NCBI GenBank assembly: GCA_002633005.1
Contig: NMRA01000508.1
Span: forward strand, 41,250 to 105,249
Length of the DNA: 64,000 bases
Source: Phoronis australis
Lineage: Eukaryota; Animalia; Phoronida
Reading direction: 5' to 3'
The notes under the pieces are model-generated. The model did not search any database and was not told the DNA's origin. It saw nothing but the letters and a program-made list of their open reading frames with translations. Numbering within the stretch: the first letter of the stretch is position 1; every line of letters starts with the position of its first letter. Shown piece after piece: positions 1 to 12,842 of this stretch. The position numbers were made by a program, and so were the translations under genes.

Positions 1-1309
1 TTATCGGCGAAAATAATTTATACTAAGTTTTAAACTTGTAACTTATTCCGCTGTCGTCCAAGATGGCCGAACCGATCCAAACAAGGTGACCCAAATTTCG
101 CCACAAAAATTGCAATAACTTTGCAGTGCTTGGCTCGATTTTGATAATTTTTCGATTTTTATTGAGTAGGATGCATTATCTTCCCGATGATGGTAGAGAA
201 TTTTTTCAAAACGAAAAAAAAAATTTTGGTTCGACCGCCCTAATATAAGGTGATACAAATGTCATCGATATTGCCATCTTCTCTGTTTTCATCCAATCTT
301 CCCAGATGAAAACTTGAATGAAGAGGACCTTCAGTACTTGAGTGAGCAGGGTATACTGTGTGATTTATGTTGAATTATTCAACGGTTCTTTTAAAAACCA
401 TTTCACGCTATAGCTACAACCAACGGCCCTTTTAAGGGCCACTCAACACTTTCCAGAATAACTGATCACTTGAGAATGTTGATTCATAAACATGCTTTCG
501 TAGTTTTCTCAGTAGGCCTATGTGAACCATAAATCAAAAACTGTCCGATAACTATGCTGCTATTGGGCAAGCAGACGACATAATCAGTCGGCACCGAAGT
601 TTGAATTTTGTAATTAAGTACCAGTAGCATAACCAAAAGTACTCATAATACCAAAACTTCTACTATTGAAAGACTTTGAAAAGCGTTTCAATGCCAAAAT
701 TAATATTAATTAATACTTTTTCGTTGTTTTGGACAGTAAAGTAGATGCAAGTATTTCTCGTCAAAATACACTGACCGGAAACTGCAGCAGATAGGTCAGG
801 AGAGTTCAACTCAGCACGTAAGGATATGGCGGAGTTGCGAATCTGTTGTCTATAATCTATGGTTTGACATTCGTTTCAGAAAAAAATGACTTCACTAGCC
901 CCTCTCGGTTCCACTGACCTCCCCCGCCTTCCCCGCTTCTCCCGCTTCCGAATGAATGCAATATTATACCCGCAGATCCCTACAAGTTTCTAGCTGCCAC
1001 TTCGTTTTCATAATCGGTAGCCAATTAACAAATGACTGTGTGCCTTCGTTCTCAGCTGACAATGGCACCGGTCCACAGTTCTGTTGGCTGTAACAAGCTC
1101 TATCGTGTTTTGTATCTGAGACAGAAATGCTCCTGATAGCATATCTAAATATTTGAATTATTATATTAGATATTAGTTTCATGTATATTGTTCTATGTAT
1201 ATTATTTGACCTATGAATTGTATGCATCACGGATATACTGCTTCGTGATTTCTGGGTTTGTCATTATTTTTTTATGCATATTTTTATGCATTCGCCAATA
1301 AATATATAT

Positions 1310-4300
1310 CACCATTCAAATTTCATGAGTGCAGTGTACGGAAGGAAAAGGAACGAAGACTGGAAGCACACTGGAGAAGGAGTGAGTGGACTCCGGGGCG
1401 AGGTCAGTTGAACATTTCTTGAAAAGCCAAGATTTCTCGAGAAGCCAGCTGGAATGTTTGCTTTCCTTCCCGTCTTCCAGAAATAGTTTGCCATTCAAGC
1501 ATTCTTTAGGTTACTTTCAAGCGTAAACCTTAACTTCTCTTTGAATATCTTTAATTCATTAACTCAGTGAGTGAATTTATGACTTTTCACTTGCCTCACT
1601 TTCAGGAATCTCGTCTTCATCGTCCACTTCTGTACTCTTCAAGCACAAAAGTTGACCACACAGGCATGCTAGACATGCCCGAAGATTCTTTAGAATTTAC
1701 CCATATTAATCTTTCAAAAATGTATCACTAGCATCTTAGAAGCGACTTGTCTGCATAAAGGCAGCCATGAAAAATACGTCACAGTGACGTTTTTTATTCT
1801 CACGTCACTTTATTGTCTAGGGTCAAATTAGTAAAGGGCATTTGAATTTTGCGCTCTGCATCCTAACGTTAGCGCGAAGATACGAGATTTGAAGTATCAG
1901 AAGTAACAACACATGAATTACATGTCGATGAGCACTGACTAGGTGTAAAGCGCCCAATCAATTTTTTGATAATGAGCGTCAAATGTTCGTTCATACATTG
2001 ACGGGTATTTCGCCAAAGCCTCAGTGCTGAGATAAAGTAAATGAGAGACCACATGGTATTGTAGCCATTCAAACTGTTTCCCGACGACACTCCTGACAAT
2101 GCAAATAATAGAAATTAATTTTTAGAGCACTTATGACGTGGACAAAAACTCACATGGTCCAAACTGAAGCAGTTCAATTCTTTTCCTCGAGCAATACTTT
2201 TCCTTGGACATTTTCACTGGCTTAGTACATGTACATGTACCAAAGGCAAGCTTGGGTAAAGAGTCTTTCTACGGTTGAAGGTTAATTCATCTTCTAATTT
2301 TGCCTTGGTATCCATCAGATTTCCAACTGAGCTCGATGTTTTCCACAAAACAGTCAATTTTGAGGGCAAACTGTGCTGAACAAGCCCTTTCTGGCCAGTG
2401 TTAGCTGCCGCTCTATCTGCAGTCGACGGGATTACCGGAGCTCTGACTTTAACGTATGTTTCAGAAGATCGACCGCATTTAACTGCTGGCTGATTTGGTG
2501 TTTCCATGGCAATGGTATGAGCATCCCATAATATGGTACATGCACACTACTTTCTAACAAAGATTTTCACCCTCAGTTAAATTGGGCTTGAGTGGTTGCT
2601 TGGCTTGGGTAAGGCACCCCGCCTAGGCTAGTTGTGGTGTACGAAGGTCTGCAAACGATATTCTCATGGCAAGTTAGCTATTGAGATCATGGATGACGGC
2701 ATACAGGACACAGATTATTTCATTGTCCAGTGGCTTCTGCGATTACTTACAAAACCACAAAAAACGGGATTTTGGTCTACAATTTAATACTTATTTTGAG
2801 TGAAAACTGAGGTAACTGACTTTAAAGCTATTCTAGGGATCAGAATTTGTTTTTGCCGCATTTTATACTAAAATGCAAATTGTGATACAAATCGCAGCAT
2901 AGGGCCAATCGATATTGTATGGGTCTTTGCCTGGTCTGAAGTGTAGGCCTACTGTATTCTAAATTGTTGTTTTTTATTTTGGTGTCTCTCCTAAAATCTG
3001 TTAACGACTGGGAGAATCATGATTGTAAAAGTTGGTAAAATTCCTTTTGAGGAACTTTGACCAACACTAGTTTTTGGACCAGGGATATAGAATTACTGTT
3101 GCACCCCCTATAGTGACAATTCTAGTTTCCTTAGTTTGCGTCCACCCCTGTCGATAGTCGGATGAATATTGCCATGTATTGTATGTGTTCTATTGAGAAC
3201 TCGCTAGTTCCTTACGTGCCTAGCCAACACGCAGGTATCACGCAGTGGCACGCGCACATTAGCATTGGTTGATGTAACCCCAGCACTCATTAGTTAGCTT
3301 TAAAACCCCGTGAAAAAATGGCGTACTGTGAACGATTTTAGCCTTGTCACGCAAGTGGCGTCGCAGCAACTGTTTCTTTTCTGCAGTGACATGTTTAATT
3401 GTTGCGTGCTTAAATCACATTCATGTACATGTAAATGCACTATAAACACATACATGTATCTGGCCGATTTAAGCGCTGTGTTATTCATACTGTATGAATA
3501 CAGACCAGTATCGTAAACAAACGTCATCGACAGTAAAAAGATGCACTCCAAAAAGGCGCAACCACAATTTCTAGAAATCACATTTCGTGAATATAAACAC
3601 CGATTTGTCTGAACAACAAAACACCTTTACACTTCAGTCCATCAGTCATGCCATGTCGACATGTGAACTCTTCGTCTGATGAGCACTCGCTTAAGTCAGG
3701 ATTGCAAGTTGCCACGTTGACATTTCTGTTGCGCATTCTGTTTCAAAATGAATTAGGAATTCTACTAGCCAATCAAAAACGCCGGTGTAAAAAAATTCCC
3801 GAGGAAAATGAAGTGATACCTGCGTGCCTCAATGGTTCCCTGCGTGCAGCTAGGGTGTTAGTAGCCAGCACGCAGGTATCACTTAATTTTCCTCCGGTCA
3901 ACACAGCAAATTATTCAATATCTAAACAAACCAAAAGTTTGGATATTGGCTGTGTTCTGTTATGGTGAAAATGGGCCAAAAAGGCTAACAAAATGTAGTG
4001 TAGGTACCCACATGTGAAACTCAATAACAGAAATGGCCATTGCAAATGAAGTTATTTCCTTTAAAAAAAAAAAAAAAAATGGCCATACAACATTATGTTA
4101 CCATGTAATGCAGAAACAGTGATGTAGTGTAGTTACCCCCTTTTGTAGTGTACGTACCCCGATGTTTACAAATGTCATGAAATTAACTTTTCACTCGGTA
4201 AGTGAGCAGCGTTGGTCATAGACAGTTTCCTTCCTTAAAAATGTTAGGTTAAAAGGGTGTTTATTGCAAATACATTTGTTTTGAGTGAAATATTAGCATT

Positions 4301-4840
4301 TGTGTACATGTACAAAGCCTCATATTTTATTTTGTGGCAAATATGCACATGAATGATATGCTTTTTATTTTTTCTCTTTGAATTAATTTAGTAAATCAAC
4401 TAACTCTCAGTTGATTCTTAGTATTTAATTACAAACCTGACACGTCATTGAAATTTAGTGTACGTACCTGTGTACTGTACTTACACCGATGTGAACAAAT
4501 GTCATGAAACAAAGATATTACACGGTAAGTATGCAACATTTGTCACAGACAGTTTCCTCCATTAAAAATGCTAGGTTAATAGGGTGTTAATTTCAAATGC
4601 ATTTGTTTTGAGTGAAATATTAGGATTTGTGCAGTGTACGTACCCCCTTATTTTAACATGTGCCTGTTTTCACAGAATGACAAACAGATATACACATTTA
4701 TTCTGCACTTTTTGTTTGTTATCTTTGAACAGATTAAGTGAACTAACTCTCAGTAGATTCTAAGAATATTTATAAACCTGACAAGTCATTGAAGTGTAGT
4801 TTACGTACCCCTGTGTAGTGTATGCACCTCAAACCTCTGT
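1310..4840 (-). mobile_element. Heavily decayed DNA transposon, probably Sola-like DDD transposase remnant with a subterminal-repeat end
   Basis: Broken minus-strand fragments resemble Sola-type transposase motifs: CVVTSD near 1900 and GCRAQ-FKCP near 1835-1865 (cf. SDGCxxQF/YK). An SRNL..F..C-like C-terminal piece lies near 1400-1445. The region 4000-4830 has repeated GTGTACGTACCCC motifs and a ~327-bp tandem duplication (4161 vs 4488), typical of a subterminal region. Many stops and frameshifts. Confidence 0.4.
3220..3881. repeat. Short direct/inverted motif CACGCAGGTATCAC (probable MITE remnant)
   Basis: The motif occurs at about 3228 and 3868 on +, and inverted (GTGATACCTGCGTG) at 3813. 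Confidence 0.4.
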
Positions 4841-7230
4841 GCTATAAAGTTTTGCCCACAAGTATTTTTACATACTATTATCATAAACAATGCATCCAAT
4901 CTGACAAAACAAAAAAAGTTATGGACAATACTGGGGACAAATAAAACAACAAGAATAATATATATTTTAAGTTGTATTGGGAATTTCAAAGTCACAGCTC
5001 TACAACAGAAGGAACCAAAATGGGTTCCTTAAATACAAGAGATAACGCACATTTCCGATACCCAAAGTGTAGTTGAGTATCAGATAGTAAGTGGCACAGG
5101 TTAGCATAGTACCAAATGTGTACTTAATACCAAATGGGTATTGGCCGATTGCCTACCAACCGTGTCGAGCAAAACGGCAAATTCAATAACAAGTACCAAC
5201 TGTGGGTACAAACTGCCAAATGGGCAAATATCATATAAAGTACCAAGTGGGTACACCAAACAGCCAACTGGGCTATAACAACCTGCAAAGCAGGTTCCGG
5301 ACAAGCTGAGTGAGCAGACCAGCCGCAGTGATAAAAAAGAGATATTGTAAGGAATGTGGTGTTGTGGCTCAGTATGTGCCACATGGGCAGGGTTGATCAT
5401 GGATGAACAATCCTGTCCACCGCCACAACCCGCGTGGGGGCCGTGACTCTGATAGAGGATCGAGTGGCAGGGGATGGGGGAAAGGGTAGTCGGAACAAAT
5501 GAGAAATGGATCGATGCCATTCTTGGATTCGCCTCCAGATTCATTGAAGCTCACCCCCCTCCAACTCTGGAGTGCAGGCACGACGTTCGACTTGGGGCAC
5601 AGCCCACGAGGACAGATTGGATACCTCACGATGAGCAAAGCTTGAAACCCAGCCACACCCTGATCTATGATAGAGCCGGAGTTGTGGTTGCTGTAGATTA
5701 CAGACACCTCTACTGACACCATACCACACCCGCCTCAGTAGCAGACACTGCTATGCCTTAACTACAAGGGAAATTGCACTAGATAACAGTGCAGGCCCAA
5801 ACATACCTGGAGGACCTGCAGTGGTTATTCCGTCATCAGTGGAGATTGGGTAAGCGATAAATTTGGCATGATCTGAACTTTTCGGGAGAAAGATCGCTTT
5901 GAAAAGTATTGACTTGGCTGGTTTTTGGCTTTTCGATCATAAACGAGACATGTAAATGTCAATTTTTTGAACTCCTGACTGTCGATGGTGGAGGTGCTGA
6001 AAAGAATTGATTGAGGGGTTCGAGAATGCCCGAGTAGCATCAGGGTAAGCTTTCCACGTCTCCAATGCTGTTTTCTCCCCTTCTCCATAGAACTGGGACG
6101 TTGTGTCCGACCTTGTTAAGGCATGGAACTGGTAGAGCTACACACAAATCGTACCCAAGCTGGTCAAACACGCTACTTACAAAGAGCTCCCGGGCGTTCT
6201 TTCCAACTTTAACCACTACCTGTAATTGAATTGCTGGCTGCAAAGCCTTAAACTAATCAAAACACCAAGAAGAACGACCGCAACATCAGTATCCACTGTA
6301 GTAACCAGTATTCTCTGATTACCTTTGATGAAAGCGTCTGCAATGTACAAGCCCATACGGGTGTCCGACTTCTCATAATCGCACGGTGGTATGTCAGAAC
6401 CAGAGGAAAGAACAGACTGACCGTAGGTAACATCTTGGTCTGGAGGACAGGCGATTGCCAAGATATCTTCAGCTAACAGCACAAACAATTCCTCTTTATT
6501 CTTCGAGTTTTGCAAGAAATTCTGGAAGTTCAGAGACGGTCGCATTTGGGGTAAAACTTTGGCAAGGTCACCCTAACCTCTATCAGCTCTTGCGGTGGCC
6601 TTCAAGCTGCCTTCAGTGTAAAAATCTGCAAACACAATGTCAAATCTACTACAGATGTGCCCACTTGGCACTTTTCACCAAACTATCCGAATGTCACTGA
6701 TTCGTTTGGAGAAAGCTGTGCACAATAGCTGGTCGATCAAAGACTTCGACATCGACGGATTCAGGAACGTCTGGATGTGGAAATTCCAACATGTTGAGTA
6801 ACTGTGACTTTTGGTTCAGGGGTGGTGGCCAATAAGGATTCTCGTGCATACGAAAATCATCCAGGTTAGCTTCTACAAATTGACTAGCTAGAAAAATCTG
6901 ACTAAGCTGCAGTCTTTCTTGACGTCATCCATGCGTTGCTGAGTCACTCTTTTTGCCTTCCCGCTAGCCTTTTTGAAAACAACAGCAAACTTGTTTTTTC
7001 TTGATAAGAGTCTTTATTGGTTGTGACTTTACAATTAGGACTGTTTGCTTATAGTTGTCATATTGCTGTTTTCCAGTCACTTCGATAGTGTGAAGACTTG
7101 TAGCGTATCTATTGTCATAAGTTCGGCATGGTCAAAGAAAGGGTTTCTCTTGGCTGAAATTACATCTTACACCACACGATCTGTTCACATGGTTTTTAAA
7201 GTTGTTCTGGAAGGATATACTGTCTTTGTG

Positions 7231-8501
7231 CAGTGGCGGATCTAGGATATCACAAGGGGGGGGGGCCCAACATTTTGTCCGGCTGGAAGCATTTGCGCAA
7301 ACTGAACCACGATTGTAGATGCGCATAGCACCGAATGGGGGGAGGTCGGGAGGGGGGCAAACCCCCCTCCCGCCCAGGAAATTTTTTTGTTTTTACCTCT
7401 AAAAATCAAGCATTTTCCTTGATTCCTGAAGTATTATCCAAGAAAAAAANNNNNNNNNNNNNNNNNNNNNNNNNNNNNNNNNNNNNNNNNNNNNNNNNNN
7501 NNNNNNNNNNNNNNNNNNNNNNNNNNNNNNNNNNNNNNNNNNNNNNNNNNNNNNNNNNNNNNNNNNNNNNNNNNNNNNNNNNNNNNNNNNNNNNNNNNNN
7601 NNNNNNNNNNNNNNNNNNNNNNNNNNNNNNNNNNNNNNNNNNNNNNNNNNNNNNNNNNNNNNNNNNNNNNNNNNNNNNNNNNNNNNNNNNNNNNNNNNNN
7701 NNNNNNNNNNNNNNNNNNNNNNNNNNNNNNNNNNNNNNNNNNNNNNNNNNNNNNNNNNNNNNNNNNNNNNNNNNNNNNNNNNNNNNNNNNNNNNNNNNNN
7801 NNNNNNNNNNNNNNNNNNNNNNNNNNNNNNNNNNNNNNNNNNNNNNNNNNNNNNNNNNNNNNNNNNNNNNNNNNNNNNNNNNNNNNNNNNNNNNNNNNNN
7901 NNNNNNNNNNNNNNNNNNNNNNNNNNNNNNNNNNNNNNNNNNNNNNNNNNNNNNNNNNNNNNNNNNNNNNNNNNNNNNNNNNNNNNNNNNNNNNNNNNNN
8001 NNNNNNNNNNNNNNNNNNNNNNNNNNNNNNNNNNNNNNNNNNNNNNNNNNNNNNNNNNNNNNNNNNNNNNNNNNNNNNNNNNNNNNNNNNNNNNNNNNNN
8101 NNNNNNNNNNNNNNNNNNNNNNNNNNNNNNNNNNNNNNNNNNNNNNNNNNNNNNNNNNNNNNNNNNNNNNNNNNNNNNNNNNNNNNNNNNNNNNNNNNNN
8201 NNNNNNNNNNNNNNNNNNNNNNNNNNNNNNNNNNNNNNNNNNNNNNNNNNNNNNNNNNNNNNNNNNNNNNNNNNNNNNNNNNNNNNNNNNNNNNNNNNNN
8301 NNNNNNNNNNNNNNNNNNNNNNNNNNNNNNNNNNNNNNNNCCCTCCCAACACTAAAACTGCACACATTTAAATCTTTTTTCATCTGTATAATTTTAATTA
8401 CTGGGGTTAATTAATAAACTCACCATTTCCCTACGCTCTTACTGTTTTATCCAAGGGGGGGGGCCCGGGCCCCCTGGGCCCCCCCCCTAAATCCGCCTAT
8501 G
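7231..8501. mobile_element. MITE (hAT-like, 5-bp TSD) nested in the Academ pseudogene; interior is an assembly gap
   Basis: Termini CAGTGGCGGATCTAGG / CCTAAATCCGCCTATG, flanked by TTGTG on both sides (7226-7230, 8502-8506). Removing it restores the Academ frame EETSHHKDSISFQNNFK. A near-identical copy starts at 63584. Confidence 0.85.
7450..8340. other. Assembly gap (N run)
   Basis: Run of n characters. Confidence 0.99.
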
Positions 8502-11500
8502 TTGTGGTGGCTTGTCTCCTCACTATTGTCTTCAAAACGCTATTGACAATCAAACTCAGTCACCAACCAGGCTAGCTCGCACCCAAACACCATTTACCCT
8601 GTCAAAGCGCTTGTATTTTCAGTTAATCCAATAGCCCCATCACTGTTTTTGACTATGGCGTTATTTTGTCCATCCGCTTGGTCAATTGCAATAGCACAGA
8701 ATCTTTACTGTCTTTGAAAACACCCAGTGTTTCCTCAGATGTTGTACGTTAGCTGGCATAGCTGTCATATCTTGGATGTGGACAGGGACCCATCTTGCAT
8801 AATTTTGAAGGTCAAGAGCAAGGAAATAGAGCACAAGAAATTCAAGGACATCAATGTACAGCGACCAGTTGCCTTCACTATGAGCAAGGGCGAACACCAA
8901 AAGCAGTAAAATAACATTTCAGAAATCAAATTTTGGACTTCTTGTTGGCGTTATCACTTTTCCAGCCGGAGAAAGATGTTAGTCGAAAACTGCACCTTCA
9001 TTTCCTTTGCCAGAGATGTGCGAAGCTTGAAGAAAGGAATCAGCTCTACCAACTGTAGCCACTGAGGCCTCCGGCCTGAAGCAGGCAGTACATAACGCTA
9101 AATCGTCGTGAGAGACCGTCCGGAGTTGGTATATGGTGCAACTCCGGACGGTCTGGGGTCAACAGAAAACCACAGTTCAACTGTGAGTCTACACCAATGT
9201 GACAAACGAGAGTAGTTCTACATGTATTTGATACGTCAGCTGCAGGTATGCTTATCTCTTTTATGACACACAATGTGTGACTGGGTAAAGCGTTTTTAAA
9301 ATAATGTGGATAAATCAGCGGAGTGTGAGACCCCTGAGGTCCCTGTCAAGTCCTCACAACAATTCTACGCTATGATGAATACGTCATACATGTAGTGAAG
9401 TAACGAGAACTAATGTATCGTTCCAGCTCAGGTAACGAGCCGTCTTCGAAACATTTCTATTAATTGTTCCTATGGCTTGTTATTCAGAAAATGAACGTTA
9501 TCTCAACTGCTTTCAATGAAGTTTTAGAACAATCGGTTGTCGGGCAATTACTGGTGGTGAATCTGAAGTAGGGCATTGCTCAAACAACTTAGCCTTGAGA
9601 AGAAGGTACTGCGAAATTAAAGTGTAATTTTTGTTAATATTATTTATCGGAATAGGGCTATTGGAAAAATTAGTCTCTTATGCCTTATTAAACAACTTAC
9701 ATTGTATTTATGCGAATAGCTACTGTAGTGATTTAAACAGGAAATCCCTGCTCCTGTCTTCAGATGTGCTGAAGTCTACCAAAAGTCATAACGCAAAATA
9801 TTCGTGATAGAATCTCAGGGGTTACAGGGACTATAAACTTGACACGCTTTTATCAGCGATTTCAATAGTTTGTTACCCATTAGGGCTGTAAGGGCAAAAA
9901 AATGAAAATTACTCCAGGTCTGGCAATGGAACTTAACGCCATCAGGTAATGTGTATAGGCGAGAAATCGCATGTTACTTAAAGGTTTGTGGTTTTCTCAG
10001 GAATTTCTACCGACTTGAAAATGAGGCGAGGTTTTTTGAGTCGGTCTATCACGACCAAACGCGATATGATTATCTCCAATCAGTTAAATCAATTTTAGAG
10101 GATATTTTTATATACATTAGTAGTTACTCAAAATAGTACATACCTAAATTAGAAAATCTCATTCAAAATAATATTACAAGAACAATGAACTGAAGGTCAA
10201 CATTATGCGCGTCTCAGAGCTGATGTCATCTGCATGAGAACTGTTGTCTGGATGTGTAGGGGTCATCTTCAGTTGTTACATAATATGTCAACACAAGCAA
10301 CTGGATGGACACAAAGCTTAAAAATAGACATTCGTTTATAGGACATGTTCCTCAAGACTATTCATTATGCCTGGACCTGTTTTAAAGTATAGTGCAACAA
10401 GGACTTTACCTTATTGTGATTCAACAAGTAAAACCTGACATTTTTTATTTTATTCTACTTGAAAACCATAAATGACCAAACTTACTTTAATTGGTTTAGT
10501 TTATGTCACAATCAAGTTCAAACTAAAATATAAATACCTCGTTAATTAACAAAGTTACCTTCAGCTATATGATCAATTTAAAAATAGTTTTAGCAATTGT
10601 TCTTTGAAAATTTAGCAAGATGTCCGATTTCCTTTATTTATGGAGATGACTTTTTACATAATTAACGATAAATATTTTAACAAAAACATATTAAAACGAA
10701 TTTCTGTTAAAGGTAAAACATTTTAGAGTTGATGATTTAACGCATATTAATACTAGTTAGACAGTTTTTCTCAGCCAGAGAAAACAAATAGACTTATTTT
10801 TCATTGAAAATTTAAATGCTATATTAATTAGGATAATTACCATCTTAAGTGTCTGGAAAATTACTTTTTTACTTTTAAATTGTTTGTACGAGTTATTAAC
10901 ATTAAGTTTAAATCAAAATTGTTCCTGTACTATATCACCTGAAACAAACGGTTATGAAACAGATATTTCGTGTGAAGCCATTTCAAAAAAACTACCTATA
11001 TGAGCTTTGACCTTGATTTGACCTTGACCGCACATTTCGGGCAACCGACCCCCATGAGATTCAGCGTGTCCCAAAGTATAGATGTGTACCACTTTTGGTG
11101 CTTTCATTTGGCTGCTAAGGGACCGGACCAGTAGGCCCATTTAATAACGTCAAATTGAAAAAGGAAAATTAGAAATCCGTCAATGACTCAGGAAAACATA
11201 TACTGCCCGTACGTAAACATTTCATTCCACCCCGACTCAGAGCCCAGCCCGGCCCGCGCCGGGGGGGGGGGGGGGGNGCTCGCTGCCGGTTCTCTCTGCG
11301 CTCGTAAGTCGTTTTCTTCACATCAAATAACTGGTAGTAATTGGTTAAACACTCTCTAATTTCCAAACAGTGTCATCTTCCACAGAATTTGCCACCGTCG
11401 GTTCAAACTGTTCCGACACGCGCAGCCGGGAGTGGCTCGATGGCGATAAGTTAACTTTTCTTCAACAGGTGTCGCCTAACCGGAAACTGAGTTTAAGTGC

Positions 11501-12842
11501 AAAAACCGTTTAGCTGTTCACATTTTTAGTATCCATTTTCTTACGTCAGCCTGTGAGGTAAGTACATGTAGATAGTTTATCCTTGGACAAAGTGCCTGTG
11601 CTTAATCAACAGCTGATTTGATGATTTATGAATTAAACTTCTGTCCTGATCTGACTGATCTGATGAATCAGTTTTCAATGTATCAGCAGTGCCAGCGGCC
11701 AGCCTGATGGCTCTGCCTCTGGTCGAATAAATATTGGTGATCATAGCAGTTTCGTTCACTCCAAAATCATGTCTGCTACTGAAAAGAAAAAGAAAGACAG
11801 CAGAGATAAGTGGTGTTAAGTACAAGAGCAAAAAGTCAAATAAAGAGGTCACAAACAGAAAAAGTAAGGTCTATCTGGAATTGGAATAAAACAATCGTGA
11901 TTTATTTTCCAGAACTGAAATTTTAAATCAATTTTAATTGATTTAAAAATCGATATCATACTAGTAAAGCAGTTTGTGGTTGAAGTAGAATTGCTGTAAA
12001 CCACTTTCCACTATTTTCTTGGCCTTTTTCCGTGTGGGTTTTCTGTCCTTTCAAAAGGCAGCAGCATATGACGACCATAGGTGTCATTATAAAATGGCTG
12101 CCGAAACGCAATGCACAGTTGAACAACTCAACATAAGTAAAAGAAAACGTTTGAATCAACGAATACTATATATTTGTGAGATTTAAATCAAATCCTATTC
12201 AGATCATAACTTTGTGTGGAATAATTGGGTGAGTCCGACAACAAGCCGGTTTTATGCTTAAGCGGACGACCATTGGGTTCCCGAGTATACTGTAATGTAT
12301 ACGATATTATACAGCTCCGCAAGGTTCGCTATCTCGCCACTCCGTAGTCTATGACTACGAGACTACGCACATGATAAGTGTGTTGTCAGATTGATAGTTG
12401 TGAATGGCAGTAGCTTGACTTTCGATCGGGATTGGAATGACCCCGGTTGGAAGTCATGTGTGTCTCACTCTGGTAAGATTGCTTTACAAACCTCGACTGA
12501 GTTCCATGACATCTCTGACTGTGTAATAGCTTACACATTACTCCTTTATTTAGCCTACTTACTAATATGGTGTATACTAGATTTGCAGTGTTCAAGAAGA
12601 TTGATATAAGCCAACAGTGGCACGATATAGGGTATAGTGAAAACGCGCATTTTAAAATGTGTCGATTATTATTTATAAGCTTGTAAGTTGTAACGCTTAC
12701 GAGGGTGATGCAGGATTTATCAATTTTTCATTCCCAGGCCAAGGACAGCCGTAGCAATTAAGACTTCCACGTGGAAGAACAATGAAAAGACGTGCTTATG
12801 ACTATTTTAACATGTTATTAATTGGTACTCATTACCTTTCAG

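Larger units (their letters stand above)
5825..11117 (-). mobile_element. Decayed Academ (AcademX-type) DNA transposon: transposase + XPG/FEN-like nuclease pseudogene
   Basis: Minus-strand fragments: EGNWSLY..LALDLQNYARWVPVHIQDM (8900-8700); DQADGQNNAIVK..GAIGLTEN (8682-8600); NFQNFLQNSKNKEELF, CDYEKSDTRM (cf. HEEADTR) and TVDTDV (6545-6216); SDTTSQFYGEGEKTALETWKAYP (about 6110-6040, cf. H3TH motif GCDT..F.GKGKK..W). A putative TAG-starting terminus TAGCAGCCAAATGAAAGCACC lies at 11117 (tentative). Many stops and nested insertions. Confidence 0.7.

Noticed and set aside
7335-8414. Long ORFs (322-359 aa) in the ORF track
   Set aside because: Artefacts of translating the N gap.
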